From contig JAPLID010000065.1 of NCBI GenBank assembly GCA_026389285.1, positions 2,310 to 66,309 on the forward strand: a stretch of 64,000 nucleotides of DNA, in the 5' to 3' direction. The notes beneath the pieces were generated by a model that saw only the letters and a list, made by a program, of their open reading frames with translations, was not told where the DNA came from and did no database searches. This document shows positions 19,935-30,254 of the stretch, piece by piece (position 1 is the first letter of the stretch; every line of letters starts with the position of its first letter). This DNA is from Cyanobacteriota bacterium (GTDB lineage: Bacteria; Cyanobacteriota; Cyanobacteriia; PCC-6307; Cyanobiaceae). The translations under genes were made by a program, and so were the position numbers.

Positions 19935-21356
19935 TCACTTGCCAATGCAGAAGCGTGCAAACACCCGATCCAGCACCGCCTCACTCACCTCCTCGCCAGT
20001 GATTTCCCCCAGCTGACGCACGGCCGCCCGCAGGTCAATCGTCCAGAAGTCCCAGGGCAGCTGCTGCTCGGCCGCCTCCAGGCTGGCGGCCAGGGCGGCG
20101 GCGGCTTCGCCCGCCAGGTCCCGCTGGCGGGCATTGAGAGCCACCTGCAACCCGCTGACATCGCCCAGACCACAGCGCTGCAGCAGCATTGCCGCCAGTT
20201 CCTCCCTGCCTTCGCTGCGCAGGGCACTGATCACCACATCCGCCGGCCCGGCCCCGCCCTGGCCGGCGTCGGTGCCGATCTCGGGCGGCACGCCCCCCGG
20301 CTCCAGCAGATCCGCCTTGTTGCCCACCACCAGCAACGGCACGCCAGCGGGCACCAGAGCGCGTAGCTCCGCATCGGCGGCCGTCCAGCCGAGCGACAGA
20401 TCAAACAGCAGCAGCACCGCATCGGCGGCGGCCAGGGCGCCGTGGCTGCGTTCGATCCCCAGCCGCTCCAGCGGATCCTCCGTGGCGCGGATGCCGGCGG
20501 TATCCACCAGCGTCAGCGGCACGCCAGCGAGCACCAGCTCGCTCTCCAGCAGATCGCGGGTGGTGCCCGGCAGATCGGTCACGATCGCCCGGTCGCGGCG
20601 GCTCAGCAGGTTGAGCAGGCTGCTCTTGCCCACATTGGGCCGGCCGATGATCGCCACCCGCAGCCCCTCGCTGAGCCGTTCGCCCTGGTGCCCCTCGGCC
20701 ACCAGGGCCTCCAGCTCGGCGCGCACCGCCGCCAACTCAGCGCGCACCGCCTCCCCATCCAGCGGCGGCAGATCCTCCTCAAAGTCCACCCGCGCCTCCA
20801 GTTCGGCCAGCTGATCGAGCAGCCGCTCGCGCAAAGCGGTGCTGCGGCGCTGCACGCCACCGTCGATGCCGGCCATCGCCAGCTGGGCCGCCCGCCGGCC
20901 CCGGGCCGTGATCATCGCCACCACCGCCTCGGCCCGGGTGAGATCGAGGCGTCCGTTCAGAAAAGCCCGCTGGCTGAACTCACCGGCACCGGCCCGCTGC
21001 GCCCCCGCGGCCAGCACCAGCTCCAGCACCCGGCGCACCGCCTCCAGGCCGCCGTGGCAGTGGAGCTCCACCACGTCTTCACGGGTGAAGCTGCGCGGCG
21101 CCCGCATCAGCAACAGCAGCGCCTCATCAACCCGCTCACCGCTGAGCGGATCGACCACATGGCCGTAGAGCACCCGATGGCTATCCCACTCCTGCCGCCC
21201 CGCCGCCACGAACAGCCGGCGACCGATCGCCTCGGCCCGGGGCCCCGAAAGCCGCACGATCGCCACGCTGCCGGTTCCGGCCGCCACCGCTGTGGCAATG
21301 GCGGCAATGGTGCTGGTCAGGGGCTCAAAATCCGCCTGCGACCCCTCGGCTGACAC
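19935..21356 (-). CDS. mnmE: tRNA modification GTPase MnmE
   Basis: TIAAIAT, SFTREDVVELHCHGG, GRPNVGKSS and DTAG motifs; ends FCIGK. Confidence 0.97.
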   Translation of the reverse strand: MSAEGSQADFEPLTSTIAAIATAVAAGTGSVAIVRLSGPRAEAIGRRLFVAAGRQEWDSHRVLYGHVVDPLSGERVDEALLLLMRAPRSFTREDVVELHCHGGLEAVRRVLELVLAAGAQRAGAGEFSQRAFLNGRLDLTRAEAVVAMITARGRRAAQLAMAGIDGGVQRRSTALRERLLDQLAELEARVDFEEDLPPLDGEAVRAELAAVRAELEALVAEGHQGERLSEGLRVAIIGRPNVGKSSLLNLLSRRDRAIVTDLPGTTRDLLESELVLAGVPLTLVDTAGIRATEDPLERLGIERSHGALAAADAVLLLFDLSLGWTAADAELRALVPAGVPLLVVGNKADLLEPGGVPPEIGTDAGQGGAGPADVVISALRSEGREELAAMLLQRCGLGDVSGLQVALNARQRDLAGEAAAALAASLEAAEQQLPWDFWTIDLRAAVRQLGEITGEEVSEAVLDRVFARFCIGK

Positions 21357-21429
21357 TGGCGGCCATGCATCCGTTCGCTGTCCATTCTCGGTCCCAGGCG
21401 AACCGAGCCCCCAGGCAGCCTCTGGCGCC

Positions 21430-21618
21430 TCAGGAGTTGGTCAACCCGGGAAACACCATCAGATCAATTTGCCCGCCACTGGGATGACGCCATTCGCGGA
21501 ATTCGGCCGCCAGGGCGCGATGGTCCTGGCTGAGGGCCTGCGCTTCCAGATCCTGGAGTCGCTGGTGCACCAGATCGAGGGTGTTGTCGATCAGCTGGGC
21601 GGCCTGTTCGGAGGTCAT
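21430..21618 (-). CDS. Small hypothetical protein (62 aa)
   Basis: ATG at 21618; MTSEQAAQLID...ALAAEFREW; plausible composition, upstream of mnmE. Confidence 0.55.
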   Translation of the reverse strand: MTSEQAAQLIDNTLDLVHQRLQDLEAQALSQDHRALAAEFREWRHPSGGQIDLMVFPGLTNS

Positions 21619-21814
21619 GGCACCAGTGCGGCGGTTGAGGGGGTTGTAACGGCGCCCGTCCCGGCTGGCTGTAGCGCCGCACACCGGCACCCAGGCCTGT
21701 CAGCTGGCTCGCACCGAAGCGCCGTGCCCAAGGCCTCAATGGCGGGTTCGCACGGACGCGACGTCCAGCCGAGAGGCTTCCAATGTTCAAACCGTCCAGG
21801 ACGCCTGGCGGCCC

Positions 21815-22438
21815 TTGGCAAGCAAGAGTTTCCTCAGCCCAGCACTCACAGTAAAACGCATCTTGAGGGCTGCATTTTCTGCTCTGCCTTCGATGACCTT
21901 GCGCACCAGCCCCGGACCAGCTCGGCAATCCTCTGCGCAGGCCGGTAAGCGATCACGCCAAGCCGAGGGTGCCTTTGATCCCCGCGACGTGGGGATGGGC
22001 ATCGTATTGGTGTTACTGGGCTGCGGGGTGCTGGGCGGATTGTTCCAGGCTGCTGAAACCCTGCGTTTCGACACCCTGCTGGTTGCCAGCAAGTCGATCT
22101 ACAACGTCATTTCGGGCGTGCACGGTATCGGCCTGGGCATCGGCCAGATGCTGCTCGGCCTCACCCAGATGCTCGGTTTTGCGGCCCTCGCCGCCTTGTC
22201 TGTTGCGGCTGCACTCTCAATTTTCAGCGGTGCCGTCCGGATCGGAACCCACACCCTGCCCCGGCTGAGCTCGGTCTGGATCCTGCTGTCCCAGTCCCTG
22301 CACCTGATCCTGCAGTTCCTCGCCGTACCGCTCTCCGGTGGCCATGAATCGCAAAAACTGCGCAGCAAGAAGAGCGGAGCCACCAACCAGAAGCAACCCC
22401 AGCGCTCGAGCACGGCCAGCAACCGGCGGGCTGCCTGA
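21815..22438 (+). CDS. Hypothetical membrane protein (start uncertain)
   Basis: Several hydrophobic segments and a basic tail; fills the gap before the spoT stop. Confidence 0.5.
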   Translation: MASKSFLSPALTVKRILRAAFSALPSMTLRTSPGPARQSSAQAGKRSRQAEGAFDPRDVGMGIVLVLLGCGVLGGLFQAAETLRFDTLLVASKSIYNVISGVHGIGLGIGQMLLGLTQMLGFAALAALSVAAALSIFSGAVRIGTHTLPRLSSVWILLSQSLHLILQFLAVPLSGGHESQKLRSKKSGATNQKQPQRSSTASNRRAA

Positions 22439-22439
22439 A

Positions 22440-24824
22440 TCAACCGATGCCCGTACGGCAGAGGTCGAGCACATCAGCCATCGAACGGATCTGATCGAGG
22501 GTGTCGCGCAGCTGGCTGGCACTCAGCAGCTCCACCCGCAGATCGATGCGGGCCGGCTTGCCGGGGTTGGTGCGCACCCGGGCATCGCTGACATTGATGC
22601 GGTGATCGGACAGCCTGGTGAGGATGTCCTTGAGCACCCCGACCCGGTCCAGCACCTCGATCCGCAGCCGCACCGGATAGCGGCGCTGTTGACCCTCAAA
22701 GCCCGGATTCCAGCGCACCGGCAGCCGGCGCTCAGTCGGGGTCTGGCCCACGTTGGTGCAGTCCTGGCGGTGAACGGTGATGCCGTGGTTGCCGAGGGCC
22801 ACCGCGCCCACGATCGCCTCGCCCGGCAGTGGGCTGCAGCAGCCTCCCAGGCGGTACTCCAGCCCCTCCACGCCCAGAATCGGACTGCCGGAGCTCTGAT
22901 GCAGCGGCGTGGAGGGAGCCGGCTGGGCCGCCACCACACTGGCCGCCACCTGCTCGTTGGTGGGAACCGGTGCCGCCGCCTCGCTGGCCAGGCGAATCTC
23001 CTCCCGCAGCCTGTTCACGGCCTGCTGCAGGGTCACCCCACCGAAGCCAAGACTGGCCAGCAGGTCTTCGGTGCTGATCAGGTTGCAGCGCCGGGCCACC
23101 CGGGCGATGGCCTCGCCGTGGAGCAGGGTATCGAAGCCTTCACGACCCAGCTCCCGCTCCAGCAGGTCGGTGCCGCGCTGAATGTTCTCCTGCCGGTGGC
23201 TGCGTTTATACCAGGCCCGGATGCGATTGCGAGCCGTGGGTGTGGAGACGAAATTGAGCCAATCAAGGCTTGGGTGAGCATTCTTACCGGTGATCACCTG
23301 CACGAAGTCGCCGTTCTGGAGCGGTGTGGCTAAAGGACAGAGGCGATCATTGATGCGCGCGCCCTGGCAGTGATTGCCCACTTCGGAGTGAATGCGGTAA
23401 GCGAAATCCACCGCTGTGGAGCCCTTGCGCAACCCCAGCACATCACCCTTGGGGGTGAACACGAACACCTCTTCATCAAAGAGATCTTCCTTGATGGAGG
23501 CCAGAAAGTCGTTGCTGTCGGTGCCACCGTCGTCCTTCTGCCAGTCCACCAGCTGCCGCAGCCAGTTGAAACGCTCGGTGTCACTGTCCGCGGGGGAGCC
23601 ACCCTCCTTGTACTTCCAGTGAGCAGCGATGCCGTACTCCGCCACCTGGTGCATTTCGCCGGTGCGGATCTGCACCTCGATCGGCCGATGCCGGCCGATC
23701 ACCGCCGTATGCAACGACTGATAACCATTGGGCTTGGGCAGGCCGATGTAATCCTTGAAACGACCGGGAATCGGCCGGAAGGTGTCATGCACCACCGCCA
23801 GAGCGCGATAGCAGCCTTCCACTGAAGGGCAGAGAATGCGCACCGCTGCCACGTCATAGATCTCGTGGAACGCCTTCTGCTGGCGCTGCATCTTGCTCCA
23901 GATGCCATAGAGATGCTTGGGCCGGCCGGTGACTTCGCAGCTCTGCAGCCCCACCGCCGCCAGCCGGTCGCGCAGCAGCTGCACCGTGACCCCGAGCCGA
24001 TCCTCCCGGTCGCTGCGCTTGCTCGCCACCTGCTGCTGGATCTCGCGGAAGGCCTCCGGCTCAAGGATCTTGAAGGCGAGATCTTCCAGCTCCCACTTGA
24101 AGCGGCCGATGCCGAGGCGGTTGGCCAGGGGGGCGTAGATATCGCGGGTTTCGCGGGCGATGCGCTGCTGTTTCTCGGCTTTCAGGGCCCCGAGGGTGCG
24201 CATGTTGTGCAGCCGGTCGGCCAGCTTGACCAGCACCACCCGGATGTCACTGGCCATGGCCAGGAACATGCGCCGCAGGTTCTCGGCCTGGGCCTCGGTC
24301 TGGTTGGTGAAATGAATGCCGCCCAGCTTGGTGACTCCCTCCACCAGAGCCCGCACCTCCGGGCCGAAATGCTGCTCGATCTCCTCCGGGGTGACCTGGG
24401 TGTCCTCGACTACATCGTGCAGGAAGCCGGCGGCGATCACCGCGGCGCTGGCGCCGATGTCGCGCAGGAGATCCGACACCGCCACCGGATGAATGATGTA
24501 GGGCTCGCCGCTGGCCCTGAACTGGCCCTCATGCAGCTGATAGGCGAAATCAAAGGCCGAAGACAGCAGCGCCTCGGTGTCGGTGGGACAGCAGCTGACC
24601 CCAGCTCCCGGGTGCACCTGGCGCACGCACTCCTGCAGCCAGGCGGGCAGGGGGATGCCGTAGTCGGCGGGGCCGTGGATCGGGCGGCGGCGGCGGGAGC
24701 CAGCTGCCTCGCCAGAGCTGGTCGGCTGGATGGCGGAAGGCTGGGATGGCGCCACGCCGATCGACTCGCGTTCAACGGGCGAACTGCCCCGGATGACGCT
24801 CGGATCGGGTATGGCCTTCAGCAT
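22440..24824 (-). CDS. spoT: Bifunctional (p)ppGpp synthetase/hydrolase
   Basis: GEPYIIHP, LHDVVED, RPKH and EVQIRT motifs; TGS and ACT domains. Confidence 0.96.
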   Translation of the reverse strand: MLKAIPDPSVIRGSSPVERESIGVAPSQPSAIQPTSSGEAAGSRRRRPIHGPADYGIPLPAWLQECVRQVHPGAGVSCCPTDTEALLSSAFDFAYQLHEGQFRASGEPYIIHPVAVSDLLRDIGASAAVIAAGFLHDVVEDTQVTPEEIEQHFGPEVRALVEGVTKLGGIHFTNQTEAQAENLRRMFLAMASDIRVVLVKLADRLHNMRTLGALKAEKQQRIARETRDIYAPLANRLGIGRFKWELEDLAFKILEPEAFREIQQQVASKRSDREDRLGVTVQLLRDRLAAVGLQSCEVTGRPKHLYGIWSKMQRQQKAFHEIYDVAAVRILCPSVEGCYRALAVVHDTFRPIPGRFKDYIGLPKPNGYQSLHTAVIGRHRPIEVQIRTGEMHQVAEYGIAAHWKYKEGGSPADSDTERFNWLRQLVDWQKDDGGTDSNDFLASIKEDLFDEEVFVFTPKGDVLGLRKGSTAVDFAYRIHSEVGNHCQGARINDRLCPLATPLQNGDFVQVITGKNAHPSLDWLNFVSTPTARNRIRAWYKRSHRQENIQRGTDLLERELGREGFDTLLHGEAIARVARRCNLISTEDLLASLGFGGVTLQQAVNRLREEIRLASEAAAPVPTNEQVAASVVAAQPAPSTPLHQSSGSPILGVEGLEYRLGGCCSPLPGEAIVGAVALGNHGITVHRQDCTNVGQTPTERRLPVRWNPGFEGQQRRYPVRLRIEVLDRVGVLKDILTRLSDHRINVSDARVRTNPGKPARIDLRVELLSASQLRDTLDQIRSMADVLDLCRTGIG

Positions 24825-24923
24825 CCCTTGCCCTGGACTTGAGCCAATGGTATGCAGCCGCCGTCACAAACTTGAGGATGTGCGCGTCTGGCCATCCAAG
24901 CTGGGGGCAACTCGCCGCCGACC

Positions 24924-26552
24924 ATGGCCCCTGCAGCCTGCTCTCCAGCCCCCGGTGACCCGGTGCTGCAGATCGACGGACTGATGGTGCGCTACCCAGG
25001 AGCGGAGCGCCCCACCCTCGATGGCCTCGACCTGAGGCTGGCGGCCGGCGAACGACTGGCCCTGGTGGGCCCCTCCGGTTGCGGCAAGAGCACGGTCGCC
25101 CGGGCCATCCTCCATCTACTGCCTCCCGGCAGCGCCTGCAGCGGAGAGCTGAAGCTGGCCGGGCAGGATCCCCGCCGTCTCGATCGCGACGCCCTGCGCC
25201 GGCTGCGCGGTGAGGCGGTGGGGCTGGTCTTCCAGGACCCGATGGCCCGGCTCAATCCGCTGATGCCGGTCGGCGCCCATCTCGGCGACACCCTGGCCGC
25301 CCACCGGCCAGCCTGGAAACGCCGCCAGGTGCGCCAGCGCGCCGAGGAACTGCTGGCGCGGGTCGGCATCGATCCGGGCCGTTACGGCAGCTATCCCCAT
25401 GAGTTCAGCGGCGGCATGCGCCAGCGGCTGGCGATCGCCCTGGCCATGGCCCTCAGCCCGCCGCTGGTGATCGCCGACGAGCCCACCACCAGCCTGGATG
25501 TGGCCGTCACGGTCCAGGTGATGGCGGAGCTGCGCGATCTCTGTGCCGAGGCCGGCAGTGCCCTGTTGCTGATCAGCCACGACCTGGCCATGGCCGGCCG
25601 CTGGTGCGAGCGGATCGGCGTGCTCGATGCCGGCCGCCTGCTGGAGGAGGCCCCCGCCGACCAGCTGCTCACCACCCCCAGCTCGGATGTGGGCCGGCGG
25701 CTGGTGCAGGCGGCGCGCGAACGGGAGGGCAGCCGCAGCCAGGCCTCCCCCGATTCGCCACTGCTGCTGGAACTCGACAATCTGCGCAGCTGGTATTCCC
25801 TGCCCTCGCCCCCCTGGCAGCAGCGCTGGCTCAAGGCCGTCGATGGCATCAGCCTGCAGCTGCATGAAGGTGAAACCGTCGGCCTGGTGGGGGCTTCCGG
25901 CTGCGGCAAGAGCAGCCTCTGTCGGGCCTTGATCGGCCTGGCGCCGGTGCGGGGCGGCGCCGTGCGGCTCGAAGGCCAGGATCTGCGCCAACTGCGCGGT
26001 CAACAGCTGGAGCGGGCCCGCCGCCGCATCCAGATGGTGTTCCAGGACCCGCTGGCCTGCCTCAATCCCCAGATGACCGTGGGCGAAGCGGTGGCCGACC
26101 CGCTGCTGATCCATGGGCTGGCCAGCCACAGCCAGGCCCGCGAACGGGCCCGCGAGCAGCTGGCGGCTGTAGGTCTGGAACCGCCCGAAGGCTTCGAGAA
26201 CCGCCTGCCCCGCCAGCTCTCGGGCGGCCAGCAGCAACGGGTGGCGATCGCCCGGGCGCTGATCCTGCGGCCGCGGGTGCTGCTGTGTGACGAGAGCGTC
26301 AGCATGCTCGACGCCGAGGTGCAAGCGGAGGTGCTGGGGCTGCTGCGGCGCCTGCAGCGGGAGCTGGGGCTGGGCCTGCTGTTCGTCACCCACGACCTCA
26401 GCGTCGCCAGCGGCTTCTGCCATCGGGTGATCGTGCTCGAAGGTGGCCGCATCGTTGAGGAGGGCCCCGGCGCCGACCTGCTCGACCATCCCAGAGCCGC
26501 CATCACCCGCACGCTGGTGGAGGCCTGCCCCAGGCTGCCCGTGCTCAGCTGA
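24924..26552 (+). CDS. Fused double-domain peptide/nickel-type ABC ATPase
   Basis: Two Walker A motifs (GPSGCGKS, GASGCGKS); FSGGMRQR and LSGGQQQR signatures. Confidence 0.92.
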   Translation: MAPAACSPAPGDPVLQIDGLMVRYPGAERPTLDGLDLRLAAGERLALVGPSGCGKSTVARAILHLLPPGSACSGELKLAGQDPRRLDRDALRRLRGEAVGLVFQDPMARLNPLMPVGAHLGDTLAAHRPAWKRRQVRQRAEELLARVGIDPGRYGSYPHEFSGGMRQRLAIALAMALSPPLVIADEPTTSLDVAVTVQVMAELRDLCAEAGSALLLISHDLAMAGRWCERIGVLDAGRLLEEAPADQLLTTPSSDVGRRLVQAAREREGSRSQASPDSPLLLELDNLRSWYSLPSPPWQQRWLKAVDGISLQLHEGETVGLVGASGCGKSSLCRALIGLAPVRGGAVRLEGQDLRQLRGQQLERARRRIQMVFQDPLACLNPQMTVGEAVADPLLIHGLASHSQARERAREQLAAVGLEPPEGFENRLPRQLSGGQQQRVAIARALILRPRVLLCDESVSMLDAEVQAEVLGLLRRLQRELGLGLLFVTHDLSVASGFCHRVIVLEGGRIVEEGPGADLLDHPRAAITRTLVEACPRLPVLS

Positions 26553-26593
26553 TCTGTTCCATCGTCCAACCGTCGAGCCAGCTCCCGCTCCCC

Positions 26594-27316
26594 ATGACCT
26601 GCGTCTTCACCAAGGATCAGCTGATCCGCATGCGCAAGCGCCATCGGGGCTATTGCTATCTGCTGATCGTGATTTCCCTGGTGCTTGTGCTGCAGCCCCT
26701 GGCTGTGACCTGGCCCCTGCTCACCTCGATCAACGCGATCGTCGTGGCGCTGGTGATGATGCTGTTTCTGACCCGCTACTCACCGCTGCGGGCTCGCAAA
26801 CGCTGGCTGTACGGACTCGGCATCGGCGCCATCGTCTTCGAGCTGATCTGGCTGGCCGCCATGGCCCACTCCCCTGCTCTGGCCAAGCATCTGACGCTGC
26901 CCCATCTGCTGATCTGGGCTCTGTTCATCGCTTTATTTCTGGTGCGCAAGGTGCGGGCGCTGATGATGGAGCCCTATGTGACGCTGGGCGTGCTGCTGGG
27001 GGCGGCGACCGGCTATCTGCTGATCGGCTACCTCGGCGCCTATCTGTTGCACAGCCTGCTGATCTTTCAGCCTCTGGCCTTCAACCTCGCCTACCTTCCA
27101 GCGGGGATCAATCCGGTGACAGAACCGCTGCGGGCTTTCCCCTCCATGGTCACGGGCTCCTTCGAGGCGCTGACCGCCATGGGCAACGCGATCACCAGCC
27201 CCGGTCATCTCCAGAGCCACATCGGCACCCTAATAATCACAATCATCGGACAGCTCTACGTGGCGGTTTTGATTGGCCTGGTCCTGGGTCGCTTCCACCA
27301 GCGCACGCCGAAGTGA
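26594..27316 (+). CDS. Ion-channel-like membrane protein with degenerate pore loop
   Basis: About six TM segments; SFEALTAMGNAITSP...IGQLYVAVLIGLVLGRF resembles Ion_trans_2 proteins. Confidence 0.6.
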   Translation: MTCVFTKDQLIRMRKRHRGYCYLLIVISLVLVLQPLAVTWPLLTSINAIVVALVMMLFLTRYSPLRARKRWLYGLGIGAIVFELIWLAAMAHSPALAKHLTLPHLLIWALFIALFLVRKVRALMMEPYVTLGVLLGAATGYLLIGYLGAYLLHSLLIFQPLAFNLAYLPAGINPVTEPLRAFPSMVTGSFEALTAMGNAITSPGHLQSHIGTLIITIIGQLYVAVLIGLVLGRFHQRTPK

Positions 27317-27381
27317 GCCATCCGGATCAATCGGCTGGCCAGGCCTGAACCCAGCCAGCCTCAATCCAAGACAGCCCTCCT

Positions 27382-27876
27382 TCAGAGCAGCGAGCTCAGC
27401 AGATCAGCGATCACCAGGTTGTCGAGGGAGAACAGGCCGCCACCGGAGGTGATCAGCACCAGGCACATCACCACATACATGGACGCTTTTTCCCAACTGG
27501 GCGGATCACCCACGCCCATCGGACCGGCGTAGTCCCCCTGGGGAATCTGGAACGGATCGGGGGCGATGAACGGGAATCCGGAGCTGATCTCCAGCACCAT
27601 CGCGTAGGCCATCGACACCAGGATCGCCAGAGCTGCCAGGGGGGTCAGCAGCCCGGGGATCAGGGCGATCCCGCCGCCCCACATCGAGGCAGCCGACAGA
27701 AAACACAGCCATTCCGGCGTCTTCATCGCCGTGGACCAGGTCTTGAGGTTGCGCAGCTTGGGCCAGCCGTGACGGATGAAAGCCACCCCCACGAACAGGC
27801 GCAGCACCAGTAAGCCCAGCCCCGCAGCCAGGGAAGGCCCCGTGGGCACGAGCAGGGTGACGATCTCGAGATCCAT
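27382..27876 (-). CDS. DoxX family membrane protein
   Basis: LRLFVGVAFIRHGWPKL, GLLTPLAAL and GGGLFSLD motifs. Confidence 0.85.
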   Translation of the reverse strand: MDLEIVTLLVPTGPSLAAGLGLLVLRLFVGVAFIRHGWPKLRNLKTWSTAMKTPEWLCFLSAASMWGGGIALIPGLLTPLAALAILVSMAYAMVLEISSGFPFIAPDPFQIPQGDYAGPMGVGDPPSWEKASMYVVMCLVLITSGGGLFSLDNLVIADLLSSLL

Positions 27877-28124
27877 CGGGGAACCGCACGGCAGTAGGGA
27901 GGCCAGCTCAACGTAAGCGGGGTTTCCGGTCGGCGCAGCCCGCTGTTCACAAGCCCGCAGCTGGCGGAACTGACGCTTCCCGGCACCACAGCAACGGGCA
28001 AGCGGCACGCTGGGCAGGGCCCGCTCCAGCGGCCAGCCCAGGTTGACCACTTCGCGGACGAAACCCCGGCTGGCGTCCATCATTCAGGGAAGGGGCCAGC
28101 CGCCCCATCACCAGAGCCGACGCA

Positions 28125-30254
28125 ATGACCTCCAGCGCTGCCGCCCTGCCATCCCCGGGAAGCAGTGCCCCGCTGGGGGCCACGATCCGGGATGGTGGCG
28201 TCAATTTCAGCCTCTATGCCCGCCAGGCCACAGCGGTGGAGCTGTGCCTGTTCAGTGGCGTCAGCGATGCCGTGCCGGTCCGTCGCGTCAGCCTTGATCC
28301 CCAACAGCAACACTCCGGCGACTACTGGCATTGCCGCGTGGAGGGAATCGGCCCCGGTCAGCACTATGGCTGGCGGGTGGAGGGGCCCTGGCAGCCGCAA
28401 CTGGGCCAGCGCTTTGATCCAGCCAACCTGCTGCTCGATCCCCATGGGCTGGCCCTGGCGATGCCGCCCGGCTACAGCCGCGCCCCGGGCCGCAGCAGCG
28501 CCGGCGACTGGGGCACAGCGATGAAAAGTGTGGTGGCCGATCCGCTGGCCTACGACTGGGAGGGGGATCGCCCCCTGCGCCGCCCCTCACGCGAATCGGT
28601 GATCTACGAGCTGCACGTGCGCGGCTTCACGGCCCACCCCAGCGCCGGCCTGCCACCGGAGCAGGCCGGCACCTACCGGGGCCTGATCAGCAAAATCCCC
28701 TACCTGCAGGATCTGGGCATCACGGCGGTGGAGCTGCTGCCGGTGTTCGCCTTCGACCCCCTGGCGGCCCCCAGCGGCCACCGCAATTACTGGGGCTACC
28801 AGCCGGTCTCCTTTTTCGCGCCCCATCCGGGCTACGCCTGCAGCGACGATCCGCTGGAAGTGATCGATGAGTTCCGCGATCTGGTCAAGGCCCTGCACCG
28901 CGCCGACATCGAGGTGATCCTCGATGTGGTGTTCAACCACACCGCCGAAGGCGACGCCGAGGGGCCGGCATTTTGCTTCCGGGGGCTGGCAGACGGTGAC
29001 TACTACCTGAAGAACAGCGACGGCACCTACCTCGACTACACCGGCTGCGGCAACACCTTCAACGCCAACCATCCGGTGGTACGGCGCCTGATTCGCGAAA
29101 GCCTGCGCCACTGGGTGGAGCATCTGCACGTGGATGGCTTCCGCTTCGATCTGGCCTCGGTGCTGGACCGGGATCAGAACGGCAAGCCCACACCCCTCTC
29201 GCCGATCCTCTGGGACATCGACACCGAGCCGGTGCTGGCCGGCACCAAGCTGATCGCCGAGGCCTGGGATGCCGCCGGCCTCTATCAAGTGGGCAGCTTC
29301 GTCGGCGACAACTGGCAGGAATGGAACGGCCGCTTCCGCGATGACGTGCGCCACTTCCTCAAAGGCGATGCCGGCCTGGCCCGCAGCGTCAGCCAGCGCA
29401 TAATCGGCAGCCCCGACATCTACGGCCACAAGCAGCGTGAGGCCGAGGCCAGCGTCAACTTCATCACCTGCCACGACGGCTTCACCCTGGCCGATCTGGT
29501 CAGCTACGACAGCAAGCACAACGAGGCCAACGGTGAGGACAATCGCGATGGCAGCGACGACAACGCCAGCTGGAACTGCGGCGTTGAAGGAGCCACCGAT
29601 GATGCCAATGTCCTGGCCCTGCGGGCCCGCCAGAGCCGCAACCTGCTGGCCTTCCTGTTGCTTTCGATCGGCACGCCGATGCTCACCATGGGAGATGAAA
29701 TCGGGCGCAGCCAGCAGGGCAACAACAACGCCTATGCCCAGGACAACCCCCTCAGCTGGCTGGACTGGACGCTGCTGGAGCGCAACGGCGATCTGCATCG
29801 CTTTGTGCGTGAGCTGATCGCCTACCGCCGCCGCCGCGACGTGGTGATCAACAAACGCAGCCTCAGCCTCCACGACCTGATGCAGCGCCATCAGCTGAGC
29901 TGGCATGGGGTGGAGCTGCACCAGCCCGACATGAGCGAAAGCTCTCGCTCCTTCGCCGTGACGATCACCAGCATCGACCACCGGTTCCGCTGGCACGCCA
30001 TGGTCAACGCCTGGTGGGAACCGCTGACCTTCAGGCTGCCCGCCGCCGATGGTGGCCAGCAGTCCTGGCATCGCTGGATCGACACCTCACGCACCAGCCC
30101 GGAGGACATCGTGCCCTGGGTGGATGCCCCGACCATAGATGCGGACACCTACACCGTGGGGCCGCGTTCGATCGTGGTGCTGATCGTGGGGCTCAGTCCT
30201 GCAACAGTTGCAGCTGATGGCCATCCGGGTCCGCCAGCTGCAGGGCCCGCGTAG
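28125..30254 (+). CDS. glgX: Glycogen debranching enzyme / isoamylase
   Basis: PLGAT, NYWGY, DVVFNHT, DGFRFDLA, AEAWD and CHDGFTL motifs. Confidence 0.95.
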   Translation: MTSSAAALPSPGSSAPLGATIRDGGVNFSLYARQATAVELCLFSGVSDAVPVRRVSLDPQQQHSGDYWHCRVEGIGPGQHYGWRVEGPWQPQLGQRFDPANLLLDPHGLALAMPPGYSRAPGRSSAGDWGTAMKSVVADPLAYDWEGDRPLRRPSRESVIYELHVRGFTAHPSAGLPPEQAGTYRGLISKIPYLQDLGITAVELLPVFAFDPLAAPSGHRNYWGYQPVSFFAPHPGYACSDDPLEVIDEFRDLVKALHRADIEVILDVVFNHTAEGDAEGPAFCFRGLADGDYYLKNSDGTYLDYTGCGNTFNANHPVVRRLIRESLRHWVEHLHVDGFRFDLASVLDRDQNGKPTPLSPILWDIDTEPVLAGTKLIAEAWDAAGLYQVGSFVGDNWQEWNGRFRDDVRHFLKGDAGLARSVSQRIIGSPDIYGHKQREAEASVNFITCHDGFTLADLVSYDSKHNEANGEDNRDGSDDNASWNCGVEGATDDANVLALRARQSRNLLAFLLLSIGTPMLTMGDEIGRSQQGNNNAYAQDNPLSWLDWTLLERNGDLHRFVRELIAYRRRRDVVINKRSLSLHDLMQRHQLSWHGVELHQPDMSESSRSFAVTITSIDHRFRWHAMVNAWWEPLTFRLPAADGGQQSWHRWIDTSRTSPEDIVPWVDAPTIDADTYTVGPRSIVVLIVGLSPATVAADGHPGPPAAGPA

